NCBI GenBank assembly: GCA_964556215.1
Contig: CAZKVP010000003.1
Location: 15,419-79,418 of the forward strand
Origin: an uncultured Phycisphaeraceae bacterium
GTDB taxonomy: Bacteria > Planctomycetota > Phycisphaerae > Phycisphaerales > Phycisphaeraceae
DNA: 64,000 nucleotides
Reading direction: 5' to 3'
Every line of letters begins with the position of its first letter. Position 1 is the stretch's first letter. The position numbers and the translations under genes were made by a program. A model generated the notes under the pieces. It did not search any database. It was not told the DNA's origin and worked only from the letters and a program-made list of their open reading frames with translations. This document shows, piece by piece, positions 38,049 through 49,465 of the stretch.

Positions 38049-38609
38049 TTAGGCCGCGGGAGCGGCTTCGGCTGCCGGGGCATCGGCCACCACCGCAGCT
38101 GCGGCGGGCGCGCCGGCTTCGAGCTTGGTTTTGATCGCATCCAGGATGCCAATGAGCTGGCTTCCCGGCGAGAGCAAGAGGGTGACCACGTTGCCCTGGG
38201 CTTCGGCGCGGGTGGGCAGCTTGGAAAGCTGCTCGACGCCGGCTTGGCCTTCATACAGCACGCCGTCATAGAAGGCGCCCTTGTATTGCAGGGTGGGGAT
38301 CTTTTTGGCCCACACGGCCAATTCGCGGGCGACACCCAAGGCATCGACGCCTTCGCCGGCAGGGTAGACCAGCGCGTTGGCGCCGGAGAGGAAATTGGAC
38401 AAATCCTTGGCCTGGGTGTTGCCCAGGATGGACTTGGCGAGGGCGTTCTTCACCACGGTCACCTTGATGTTCTTCTGGGCCAAAGCGGCGCGAAGGTCAT
38501 TGGTGTCATTGGAAGTGGTGCCACGGATCTCGACCAAAATGGCGCCATTGATGTCGCCAAAGCGGCTCTTGTAGGCTTCCGAGATCAGGTTCTTGACGGG
38601 CTTGCTCAT
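38049..38609 (-). CDS. rplJ: 50S ribosomal protein L10
   Basis: AILVEIRGTTSNDTNDLRAAL...VVKNALAK, and position upstream of rplL. Confidence 0.9.
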   Translation of the reverse strand: MSKPVKNLISEAYKSRFGDINGAILVEIRGTTSNDTNDLRAALAQKNIKVTVVKNALAKSILGNTQAKDLSNFLSGANALVYPAGEGVDALGVARELAVWAKKIPTLQYKGAFYDGVLYEGQAGVEQLSKLPTRAEAQGNVVTLLLSPGSQLIGILDAIKTKLEAGAPAAAAVVADAPAAEAAPAA

Positions 38610-38672
38610 TGCTGGGCTCCGTGTTGGCCGCGCCGAAAAGGGCGCGGCGGAGGATGGTTGGGAAAGAAAAAA

Positions 38673-39350
38673 TTAACGGGCAACGGTGACCGAGGGGGTC
38701 ATGGTGCCGGCGATGGCGATGCGCTTGATGTACTGGCCCTTGACGGTGGCGGGCTTGAGCTTTTCGATGTGCTCGATGAACGCCGTCACATTGTCGGCGA
38801 TCTTCTCGGCCGGGAAGGACTTCTTGCCCACCGAGGCGGACACATTGCCGCCCGCATCGTTGCGGAATTCCACCTTGCCGGCGGCGTATTCCTTGATGGC
38901 CTGCTCGATCTGCGGGGTGACGGTGCCGGCCTTGGGGCTGGGCATCAGGCCCTTGGGGCCCAACTGCTTGCCCAGCTTGGCGACAACGCGCATCATGGCC
39001 GGCTCGGCGATGACGACGTCGAAATCCAACCAGCCGCCTTCGATCTTGGCGACGAGGTCATCGGCGCCGGCTTCGATGGCGCCGGCGGCCTTGGCCTTCT
39101 CCACCTTGTCGGCGGAGACGAAGGCGATCACCTTCTTGGTCGCACCCACGCCGTGGGGCAGGGCGACCGCGCCGCGCAGCGACTGGTCGCTTTGCTTGGT
39201 GTCCAAGCCGAGGTGGAGGACCACTTCGATGGACTGGTCGAACTTGGTATCGCGGAACGACTTGATGACGCTCACCGCTTCCGCCACAGGCAGGGCCTGC
39301 TGGGGTTGCTTGGCGAGATCAGCCAAAAATTTCTTGCCTTGACGAGCCAT
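38673..39350 (-). CDS. rplA: 50S ribosomal protein L1
   Basis: Motifs FDQSIEVVLHLGLD, RGAVALPHG, LGPKGLMPSPKAGTVT. Confidence 0.95.
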   Translation of the reverse strand: MARQGKKFLADLAKQPQQALPVAEAVSVIKSFRDTKFDQSIEVVLHLGLDTKQSDQSLRGAVALPHGVGATKKVIAFVSADKVEKAKAAGAIEAGADDLVAKIEGGWLDFDVVIAEPAMMRVVAKLGKQLGPKGLMPSPKAGTVTPQIEQAIKEYAAGKVEFRNDAGGNVSASVGKKSFPAEKIADNVTAFIEHIEKLKPATVKGQYIKRIAIAGTMTPSVTVAR

Positions 39351-39529
39351 GGGAGGCTTCCTTTCGAATGCCTGCCGGGTCGCTTGCGCTTCCGGACGGC
39401 GGTTCTCCCGCGATTAAGGCTCGCGGTAGGCCATTCCGGGCACGTGCCGGAACATGGAACTGGGTTGGGGCGGATGAAGCCGGGCTTGATGCGGGCTGGC
39501 CGGCGCCAAAAGGCCGGATTTAGGCCGGA

Positions 39530-40015
39530 TCAGGCCACCACATCAACGCCCATCGAGCGGGCGGTGCCGGCGATGGTGCGCATGAGGGCTTCCTTGCTGT
39601 GTCCGGTCATTTCCTTGCCCTTTTCGGCGGCAATGGCTTCAAGCTGCTTGTGGGTGATCTTGCCGACCTTGTTCTTGTGGGGAACGCCGGAGCCTGCATC
39701 GATGCCGGCGGCCTTCTTGATCATGGACGAGGCGGGCGGGCACTTGAGTTCGAAGGAGAATGAACGATCCTTGTACACGTAGATCAGGCAGCGCACGGTC
39801 TGGCCCTTCATCGGCGCCGTGGCGGCGTTGAACTGCTGGATGAACTGGCCGGGGTTCACGCCGTTGGCGCCAAGCGCCGGTCCCAGCGGGGGGGCCGGGG
39901 TGGCGGCGCCGCCGGTGGCCTGGATCATGAAGCTCTTGGTGAGCACTTTGCCCGGGATGGGGCCGACGGAGGTGTTGGCGGCGGCGGCGCCGGGAGCGGC
40001 AGGGGCTTTGGACAT
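39530..40015 (-). CDS. rplK: 50S ribosomal protein L11, with an N-terminal extension of about 20 aa if the ATG at 40015 is used
   Basis: Motifs PAPPLGPALG and VYKDRSFSFELKCPPAS. AAGGA lies 8 nt upstream of the ATG. An alternative GTG at 39946 would give a canonical length. Confidence 0.9.
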   Translation of the reverse strand: MSKAPAAPGAAAANTSVGPIPGKVLTKSFMIQATGGAATPAPPLGPALGANGVNPGQFIQQFNAATAPMKGQTVRCLIYVYKDRSFSFELKCPPASSMIKKAAGIDAGSGVPHKNKVGKITHKQLEAIAAEKGKEMTGHSKEALMRTIAGTARSMGVDVVA

Positions 40016-40139
40016 GGTGGTTCCTTGGTGTCGTAAGACAAAAAGTGGGGATTTTGCTGTGAAAAATGCGTTTTTTCGAACTGTCTGCGAGAGATTTCCG
40101 CCAACGCAAAGTAGAAGCCTTCGCTCAAACGGGCCGAGC

Positions 40140-40167
40140 ATTATAGGGAAATGCAATCTTTCTGCAA
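40140..40167 (-). promoter_or_regulatory. Sigma70 promoter for rplKAJL: TTGCAG, 16-nt spacer, TATAAT, with GC-rich discriminator GCTCGGCCC
   Basis: Minus strand reads TTGCAGaaagattgcatttcccTATAATGCTCGGCCC. Confidence 0.55.
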
Positions 40168-40200
40168 CTCAGGCCTACCCGCCAAACTTTTTCATCGCAC

Positions 40201-40251
40201 CCGTCCAAAGCAAGACCCCGCACTGAAAGTGCGGGGTCTTGCTTTGGACGG
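40201..40251 (-). terminator. 23-bp perfect hairpin after the small basic protein gene; no U-tract
   Basis: CCGTCCAAAGCAAGACCCCGCAC-TGAAA-GTGCGGGGTCTTGCTTTGGACGG. Confidence 0.55.
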
Positions 40252-40270
40252 GATTTAGAAAAATCGACGC

Positions 40271-40591
40271 TTAGGCTGCTTTCACTTCGACGAAGCGGGC
40301 CACGCTGGCGAGGTCCTTGAGGACGTCCAAAGTGGCGGTGAAGGTGCCGGTTTCGCCGATGTTGCCCTTGACCGGGTGCTGCTTGACCACGCGGCCTTCC
40401 CACAGGCGCAGGCGGCCGCCGCGGACGGTGACGCGCTCGTTGGCCTTGCGGGTGGCGTACAGGCGGGCGTTGGTCTTCTTGACGCCGGCGTCGCGCGAGA
40501 GCACGCGAACCAGGGTCTTGCGCGCGGCGATGTTGGTGGGGGTCTTGACGATGGTGACTGCGATTTTGTTGCCGGGGGCGATGGTGCTCAT
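40271..40591 (-). CDS. Small basic hypothetical protein (106 aa)
   Basis: It has its own promoter and hairpin. K/R-rich. No family recognised. Confidence 0.55.
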   Translation of the reverse strand: MSTIAPGNKIAVTIVKTPTNIAARKTLVRVLSRDAGVKKTNARLYATRKANERVTVRGGRLRLWEGRVVKQHPVKGNIGETGTFTATLDVLKDLASVARFVEVKAA

Positions 40592-40650
40592 GGGAATCTT
40601 TCTTGGGAAATATTGCTTATGCAAACCAAATCGGAAATTTGGGGCCGAGC

Positions 40651-40679
40651 ATTATGCCAAACTCTCGGCCTGCGGTCAA
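40651..40679 (-). promoter_or_regulatory. Sigma70 promoter: TTGACC, 17-nt spacer, CATAAT, with the same discriminator GCTCGGCCC as the rplK promoter
   Basis: Minus strand reads TTGACCgcaggccgagagtttggCATAATGCTCGGCCC. Confidence 0.5.
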
Positions 40680-40689
40680 ATGGCGAAAA

Positions 40690-41375
40690 TCACGGAGGGG
40701 CCAAAACCTTGCGCGCCTCCCACAAAGTGACGGCCTCGGGGCGCCGCGGATAAAGGGGTTGCAATTGCGCTGCGCTTGAAAACAAGCCTTTTTTTGCCAG
40801 CCCCCGCCCCACCTCCAGCACGCTTTTGGCCTGCACGGCCGCCAATTCCGGCGCCGAGCGGGTGACCTGCCCGGGCAATGCCAAGGCTGGCGGCGTTTCG
40901 CCCACCAGCAGGGTGCCCGCCGGGCAGGCGGCAAACAGCGCCCCGAAGGCGTGTTCCGCCGGCGCCAGGCGTTCAAGGCCATCCCCCCCCACCACCGCCG
41001 CCCACGCCGTGTCTTTTTTCCACGCCAAACTCACGGCGATGGGCGCGCCGGGATGCGCCGCCTGCGCGCCATGCACCAAGGCATCCACCGCCGGCACCCG
41101 TGTGAAGCGGCAGGCCGGCAGGGCCAGCGCCACAGCCTGCGCGGCGGCGCAGGCTGTGCGCAATCCGGTGAAGGAGCCCGGCCCCACGCCGACATGCACC
41201 ACCGATAAATCCGCGGGGGCAAGGCCGAATTGCGCCATCACCTGCGCCACGGTGGCCACCAACTCCACATTGTGGCGGCGACCCTCGATCAGGTCGCGCT
41301 CGCACAACAGGACACCGTCCCTGGCAAGGGCCAGGGTGCCGTTGGAGCCCGAAGTGTCAAAAGCAAGTTCAACCA

Positions 41376-41379
<4 letters not shown>
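40690..41379 (-). CDS. tsaB: tRNA t6A biosynthesis protein TsaB
   Basis: Motifs LAFDTSGSNGTLAL and VGVGPGSFTGLRTACAAAQ. ATGA overlap with the clpC stop. Confidence 0.85.
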
Positions 41380-43967
<2,588 letters not shown>

Positions 43968-44084
43968 GGGTGATCCTTGGGATGGCGGCGACCCCTGGGT
44001 TGCCGCGTGGATTTGGATTTCTATGCCCGCTCACTGTAGCACAGGGGCGGGAATTTTCAGAATGGAAAGAAAAGGAAAGGGCAC

Positions 44085-45803
44085 CTACTTCTTCTGCTCC
44101 TTGGCCCACGCATCCTTCAACCCCACCGTGCGGTTGAACACCAACTTGCCGGGTGCGGAATCCTTGTCGGCCACAAAATAGCCCACCCGCTCGAATTGAA
44201 GAGACTGCCCCACTTGCGCTTCGGCCAGCGCCGGCTCGCATTTGCCGGTGACGGTGACCAGCGACTTGGGGTTCAGGTTGTTGCGCCAGTCGCCGCCTTC
44301 GGGCACTTCTTCGGCGTTCTCGGCGGCGAACAGATGATCGTACAGGCGCACTTCGGCATCCACCGCATGGCGGGCACTCACCCAGTGCAGCGTGCCCTTG
44401 ACTTTGCGCACATTGCCTTCAGCGTCCGGCGGTGGGTTGTTGCCGCCCTTGGTCTGCGGGTCATAGGTGCAGTGCAATTCGGTGATATTGCCGGCGGCAT
44501 CTTTGATGACTTCCTCGCACTTGATCCAGTAGCCGTAGCGCAGGCGCACTTCCTGCCCCGGAGCGAGACGGAAGAACTTCTTGGGCGCCACTTCCATGAA
44601 GTCTTCGCGCTCGATGAAGAGCTCGCGGCAGAAGGGCACTTGGCGCGAACCGGCGGCCGGATCCTCCGGATTGTTGGTCGCCTCCATCCATTCCACTTGG
44701 CGCTCAGGGTAGTTGGTGATGACCACTTTGAGCGGGTCCAGCACCACCGAGCGGCGCAGGGCGATCTTGTTGAGGTCTTCGCGCAGGCAATGCTCCAGCA
44801 ATGAGATTTCAATGCTGTTTTCACGCTTGGCCACACCGATGGTTTCGCAGAAGTTGCGCAAGGATGCCGGCGTGTAGCCGCGGCGGCGCAGGCCGCTGAT
44901 GGTCGGCATGCGCGGATCATCCCAGCCGTTGACCAGTTTCTCCTGCACCAAGGTGAGCAATTTGCGCTTGCTCATCATCATGTGGGTGACATTCAAGCGG
45001 GCGAATTCAATCTGGCGGGTGCGGTAGATGCCCAGTTTTTCCTGGAACCACTCGTAGAGCGGGCGGTGGGCCTCGAACTCCAAGGTGCACACCGAGTGGG
45101 TGATTTTTTCCAGCGAATCGCCCTGGCCGTGGGCATAGTCGTACATCGGGTAGATGCACCACTTGTCGCCCACATGCGGGTGCGACGCGTGCATGATGCG
45201 GTACATGGCCGGGTCGCGCAGGTTCATGTTGGGCGAGGCCAAATCGATTTTGGCGCGCAGAATCCGGGCGCCGTTGGGGAATTCGCCGGCCTTCATGCGG
45301 CGCAGCAAATCCAGGTTTTCCGCCGGGGTGCGCGCGCGGCCGGCACTGGGGGTGCCCGGGCGGGTCGGCGTGCCGCGCTTGGCGCTGGTTTCCTCCGCAG
45401 AGTCGTCGTCCACATACGCCAGCCCGGCCTCCACCAACTGCTCAGCCCAGGCGTAGAGTTGGTCGAAGGTCTCGGAGGCGTAGGTCATCGCATCCCAGCG
45501 GAAGCCGAGCCACTTCACATCCTCCTGGATGGCATCGATATATTCGCGGTCTTCTCTTGAAGGGTTGGTGTCGTCCATGCGCAAGTGGCAGCGGCCGCCG
45601 TAGTCGCGGGCCAACCCGAAATTCAGGCAGATGCTCTTGGCGTGGCCCAGGTGCAGGTAGCCGTTGGGCTCGGGCGGAAAGCGGGTGATGATCTGGGTGT
45701 GCTTGCCAGAGGCCAGGTCTTCTTCCACGATTTGTTGGATGAAGTGTTTGGGGGCGGGCTCGGGGGCGGCGGACGGGGTGATGGGTGTGGCTGGGTCTGT
45801 CAT
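44085..45803 (-). CDS. glnS: Glutamine--tRNA ligase
   Basis: HIGH-type motif [14 protein letters not shown] and KMSKS-type motif MMSKRKL. Confidence 0.9.
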   Translation of the reverse strand: MTDPATPITPSAAPEPAPKHFIQQIVEEDLASGKHTQIITRFPPEPNGYLHLGHAKSICLNFGLARDYGGRCHLRMDDTNPSREDREYIDAIQEDVKWLGFRWDAMTYASETFDQLYAWAEQLVEAGLAYVDDDSAEETSAKRGTPTRPGTPSAGRARTPAENLDLLRRMKAGEFPNGARILRAKIDLASPNMNLRDPAMYRIMHASHPHVGDKWCIYPMYDYAHGQGDSLEKITHSVCTLEFEAHRPLYEWFQEKLGIYRTRQIEFARLNVTHMMMSKRKLLTLVQEKLVNGWDDPRMPTISGLRRRGYTPASLRNFCETIGVAKRENSIEISLLEHCLREDLNKIALRRSVVLDPLKVVITNYPERQVEWMEATNNPEDPAAGSRQVPFCRELFIEREDFMEVAPKKFFRLAPGQEVRLRYGYWIKCEEVIKDAAGNITELHCTYDPQTKGGNNPPPDAEGNVRKVKGTLHWVSARHAVDAEVRLYDHLFAAENAEEVPEGGDWRNNLNPKSLVTVTGKCEPALAEAQVGQSLQFERVGYFVADKDSAPGKLVFNRTVGLKDAWAKEQKK

Positions 45804-45812
45804 AAGGAGGGG

Positions 45813-45818
45813 ATTGTA
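45813..45818 (-). promoter_or_regulatory. -10 box TACAAT, 9 nt upstream of the glnS ATG; leaderless or near-leaderless
   Basis: Minus strand reads CCTTTACAATCCCCTCCTTATG. Confidence 0.35.
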
Positions 45819-45889
45819 AAGGGGGCGCAAGTTGTGGATGAAGAGAGAAACTTGCGCGTGAAAAGACCCGATGAAATCCAATCCTCATG

Positions 45890-45895
45890 TAGAAT
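45890..45895 (+). promoter_or_regulatory. -10 box TAGAAT, 6 nt upstream of the ATG at 45902; leaderless
   Basis: catgTAGAATgcccgcATG. No clear -35 box. Confidence 0.35.
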
Positions 45896-45901
45896 GCCCG
45901 C

Positions 45902-46162
45902 ATGTACGACCCCTCCTCCGAAGCCATGAAAGCCCGTGCGGAAGCCCGCCGCAAAACGATGACCCTCAAGGTTTATCGGATGGGAGAGGAACCGGAAGTG
46001 GATGAGGACAATTTGGCGATGACGCCGTGGGATCGCTTCGCGTTGGGCCTGCGCCTGACCGTCATGGGATACAACCTAGCCGAGGCCAACAATGATGAAA
46101 TTCGAGGAACTGTCCGAAGACTTCCAAGATCTGCTTGGCCAGTTCATATCATCCGGCGTTGA
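45902..46162 (+). CDS. Small hypothetical protein, possible partner of the downstream nucleotidyltransferase
   Basis: ATG lies directly after a -10-like box. It overlaps the next ORF by 71 nt. Confidence 0.4.
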   Translation: MYDPSSEAMKARAEARRKTMTLKVYRMGEEPEVDEDNLAMTPWDRFALGLRLTVMGYNLAEANNDEIRGTVRRLPRSAWPVHIIRR

Positions 46163-46577
46163 GTTCATGGTCATCGGTGGACAGGCCGTGATTTTCAACG
46201 GCCATGTGCGCGCCACCAAAGATTTGGATGTATGGATCAAGCCCACGCCGGAGAATGCCCGCCGCGTTTGGCTGGCGCTTGCGTCTTTCGGCGCCCCGTT
46301 GGCCGGGGTGACGCAAAAAGATTTTGAGTCATCGGACTTCATCTATCAGATCGGGCAGCCCCCCGCGCGCGTGGATGTCCTCACGCGCGTCGAAGCGCTG
46401 GACTTTGACCGCTCCTGGAAAAGCCACCTGTCTGTGGATTGGGACGGGCGATCCGTGGCGGCGCTTTCATTGGACGACCTCATCCAAAACAAACGCGCAG
46501 TGGGACGTCCGCAGGATTTGGCGGATGTGCACAAGCTTGAGTTGATTCGGGAGCGGATTAAGAGGGGGAAGCCGTAG
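46092..46577 (+). CDS. Minimal nucleotidyltransferase-fold protein (MNT / AbiEii-like)
   Basis: NTase motif MVIGGQAVIFNGHVRATKDLDVWI. C-terminal KRAVGRPQDLADVHKL. Confidence 0.6.
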   Translation: MMKFEELSEDFQDLLGQFISSGVEFMVIGGQAVIFNGHVRATKDLDVWIKPTPENARRVWLALASFGAPLAGVTQKDFESSDFIYQIGQPPARVDVLTRVEALDFDRSWKSHLSVDWDGRSVAALSLDDLIQNKRAVGRPQDLADVHKLELIRERIKRGKP

Positions 46578-46631
46578 GAACGCGCGAGTTGCGCTCCGAA
46601 GGAGCGGAAACCTGTGGATTTGAGGCGCAAG

Positions 46632-46656
46632 AAAAACCCGCCCTGAAAAGGGCGGG
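46632..46656 (-). terminator. Intrinsic terminator after the AIPR-like gene
   Basis: CCCGCCC-loop-GGGCGGG followed by U5 on the minus strand. Confidence 0.7.
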
Positions 46657-46698
46657 CGATGGGTAAAGGCGTAAGAAGAAATAACCGGGCTTGAATGA

Positions 46699-47976
46699 TT
46701 AGGGCTGCAAAAGTAGCAGGCTCGCACGGTCAAACAAGCCAGTGTAAACCGTTTTCGCTTTTCCCATGGTCTGCGGATTATTTTGTAGGTTTTCAAGTTG
46801 GGAAATCAAGTTTTCGACAAGTTCGGCACCATGTGCATCAAAAAACTCAAATGGATCCGCTTTCCATTGCGCCTTGGCATGTTCATTTTTTTCTGCGGGA
46901 AAAGCAACCAGCGCCCTCAGCGAAGCCAGTAGCGGAAAGAGGACGCCAGAAGGGATGACATGAGAAGATTCAACCCCGGTCAGAGGCAGCACTTTTTTCC
47001 CGTTGGGAAAAATACGGTCTTCGGTTTTTCCACGGCGGCCCAGTTTCCCTGCGGGATTCGACTCCTTGTATTTTTCATGGAATTTTGAATACACATGGTC
47101 GTGAAGCTTCAAAATGTCGGGGAGAATTTCGCTCAGAACGGCGTATCCCGAAGCTGTTTTTTCGTCCACTAGACGCTTATCCATCCGACCTTTGCTGGAA
47201 TAGGCCACCGTCGGGGCTTTTCCTTTCTCGTTGTACTCGGGGTGAAAAAGCGTGAGAATTGCAAGAATATCCAACACCGTCACGGATGCGCTCGCATTTT
47301 CTTCATAGCCAATCCGACCCTTGAATTCCGATTTTTTGTCTTCAAGGCTTTTCTTAATCCACTCGAAGTGCCCCTTGAAATCAGCCATACTCCAAGAGGT
47401 TACTTGGCGGCTTGTATTCCGGCCTTGCACCAGCCGTGAAATACGTTCGCGATCTTTCAATCCAACAATGATTTCAAGATGAACCCGTGCAGTTTTCATG
47501 TACGCGGGAATTTGCGCTTGCGTCAAGTGAGAAAAACTTTCGACCTCAAATTCCTTAGCGATTCCTGCCTGTACGCGCGCAATGACTGCATCTGTGGTGC
47601 CGCCATCCGCAACACCCTGCTGGGCCGTGTCGCCGTAGCAATCCGTCAAGAGAATTTCAACAACTTGCTTTTGCGGATCAAAGGTGACTGATTCGGCGAG
47701 AATGGTTTCTCCACGATTTGCCAAGTAGAAATCGGTTGGGCTTTCTTCGATGGTTTGCTGGATCGCCTTGGGAACAGAGCCAGTCAGTGAATCATCCGCA
47801 TGACTGCGCGGATTGACCTCGTCGGGGGACTGGCGACCAATCCAATCACTCAATGTGGGATAAAGGTGGTAGACGGAAACATCGTCTTCCACACTGATGC
47901 GCCTGTAATGGTCTTTGTCAACCGAAATACGAATGGTCTTACTGTCCGATGCTTCTAAAACGATATTTGAGCGCAT
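46699..47976 (-). CDS. AIPR-like (abortive-infection phage-resistance family) protein; tentative
   Basis: AGGAGG lies 6 nt upstream of the ATG at 47976. FYLANRGETILAES, GVADGGTTDAVI and LVQGRNTSRQVTSWSMADF resemble AIPR core motifs. A/T-richer than the flanks. Confidence 0.55.
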   Translation of the reverse strand: MRSNIVLEASDSKTIRISVDKDHYRRISVEDDVSVYHLYPTLSDWIGRQSPDEVNPRSHADDSLTGSVPKAIQQTIEESPTDFYLANRGETILAESVTFDPQKQVVEILLTDCYGDTAQQGVADGGTTDAVIARVQAGIAKEFEVESFSHLTQAQIPAYMKTARVHLEIIVGLKDRERISRLVQGRNTSRQVTSWSMADFKGHFEWIKKSLEDKKSEFKGRIGYEENASASVTVLDILAILTLFHPEYNEKGKAPTVAYSSKGRMDKRLVDEKTASGYAVLSEILPDILKLHDHVYSKFHEKYKESNPAGKLGRRGKTEDRIFPNGKKVLPLTGVESSHVIPSGVLFPLLASLRALVAFPAEKNEHAKAQWKADPFEFFDAHGAELVENLISQLENLQNNPQTMGKAKTVYTGLFDRASLLLLQP

Positions 47977-48319
47977 GATGCGCCTCCTTGTAGTTTGCGG
48001 GAGCAGGGATAGTCCCGTCTTTTTTGATCCTACCCTCGAACCCACGAAGCGACACGCTTGCGCAGGATCCCATATTCGAGGAAGGCCCCAAGATTCTATC
48101 ACAACGACGCCCATTTTCCAAAAAAATCTCGCTTCATTCAAAAATTGACACTCGCCTTCCACTCGCCCTCTTCGGGGCGCAACCTCCACCTATCTCAATT
48201 TCCACGGGTTCCCGCACCTTCGGCGCGTCCACCCGTGGCCACAATCGCCGGCCCTCTTCGGGGCCTCAATCTCCCTATAATCCCCCTCCCATTTTCCTTT
48301 CCCCCAACCCCAAAAAGCC

Positions 48320-49393
48320 GTGTCCACCCCCAACCCCCGCCGTTCCACCCACCCCGCCATCGCCGTCGTCGGCGCCACCGGGGCTGTGGGCGTTGAATTT
48401 CTCCAGGTCTTGGAGCAGCGCAATTTTCCGCTGTCCTCGATCCGCCTGCTCGCCTCGCCCCGCAGCGCCGGCAAGACCATGAAATTCCGCGGTCAGGACA
48501 TCACGGTGGAAGCCCTGACCGACAAGTCCTTCGAAGGCATCGACATCGCCCTGTTCTCGGCCGGCGGCTCGATCAGCAAGCAATACGGCCCGATCGCGGT
48601 GACCGCCGGGGCGATCGTGGTGGACAATTCCTCCGCCTTCCGCCAAACAGCCGAAGTGCCGCTGGTGGTGCCGGAAGTCAACCCCGAGCACATCGGCAAC
48701 ATCGGCTTGAAGCCCGGGCAAAAGGCCGGCATCATCGCCAACCCCAACTGCTCCACCATCCTCATGGTCACCGCCATGACCGCGCTGCACCGCGCGGCCA
48801 ACATCAGGCGTTTGGTCATCTCCACCTACCAGGCCGCCAGCGGCGCCGGCGCGCAGGCGATGGAAGAATTGAAGACGCAGACCCAGGATGTGCTGGAAGG
48901 CAAGCCGGCCAAGCCGGTCATCTTCGCCCAGCAGTACGCCTTCAACCTCTTCAGCCACAACGCGCCCATCGTGGCCAACGGCTACAACGAAGAAGAAATG
49001 AAGATGGTCAAGGAAACCCACAAGATCTGGGGCCAGGACAGCCTGCCGATGGAAGAGCGCACCCAGATCACCGCCACCTGCATCCGCGTGCCGATCATGC
49101 GCGCCCATGCCGAGAGCGTGAACGCGACCTTTGAAAAGCCGATGAGCGAAGCGCAGGCGAAGGCCCTCTTGGAAAAAGCCCCCGGCGTCTCCATCATCGA
49201 CGACCGCGCCGCCAACCGCTTCCCCATGCCTTTGGACGCGCAGCACCAGGACGACATCTATGTCGGCCGCATCCGCCGCGACATCAGCCAGCCGGAAGGC
49301 AAGGGCATTGACTTGTTCCTGTGCGGCGACCAGATTCGCAAGGGCGCCGCGCTCAATGCGGTGCAGATTGCGGAACTGCTGCTGGCCAAGTGA
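48320..49393 (+). CDS. asd: Aspartate-semialdehyde dehydrogenase
   Basis: Motifs AVVGATGAVG, IANPNCSTI and RVPIMRAHAES. GTG start. Confidence 0.95.
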   Translation: MSTPNPRRSTHPAIAVVGATGAVGVEFLQVLEQRNFPLSSIRLLASPRSAGKTMKFRGQDITVEALTDKSFEGIDIALFSAGGSISKQYGPIAVTAGAIVVDNSSAFRQTAEVPLVVPEVNPEHIGNIGLKPGQKAGIIANPNCSTILMVTAMTALHRAANIRRLVISTYQAASGAGAQAMEELKTQTQDVLEGKPAKPVIFAQQYAFNLFSHNAPIVANGYNEEEMKMVKETHKIWGQDSLPMEERTQITATCIRVPIMRAHAESVNATFEKPMSEAQAKALLEKAPGVSIIDDRAANRFPMPLDAQHQDDIYVGRIRRDISQPEGKGIDLFLCGDQIRKGAALNAVQIAELLLAK

Positions 49394-49400
49394 AGCAAAC

Positions 49401-49450
49401 ACCCAATCAAGCAAAAACCCGCCATTGGGCGGGTTTTTGCTTGATTGGGT
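49401..49450. terminator. Bidirectional terminator, 23-bp perfect stem
   Basis: ACCCAATCAAGCAAAAACCCGCC-ATTG-GGCGGGTTTTTGCTTGATTGGGT. Confidence 0.85.
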
Positions 49451-49465
49451 TTGATGGAAAAGCGA

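Noticed and set aside
38013-39782. 589-aa ORF on the plus strand
   Set aside because: It is antisense to rplJ and rplA, which are unmistakable.
39946-40015. Alternative GTG start for rplK that would remove the N-terminal extension
   Set aside because: The question is not settled. The ATG at 40015 has an AAGGA site at the proper distance and the GTG has none, so the longer form is reported, with this caveat.
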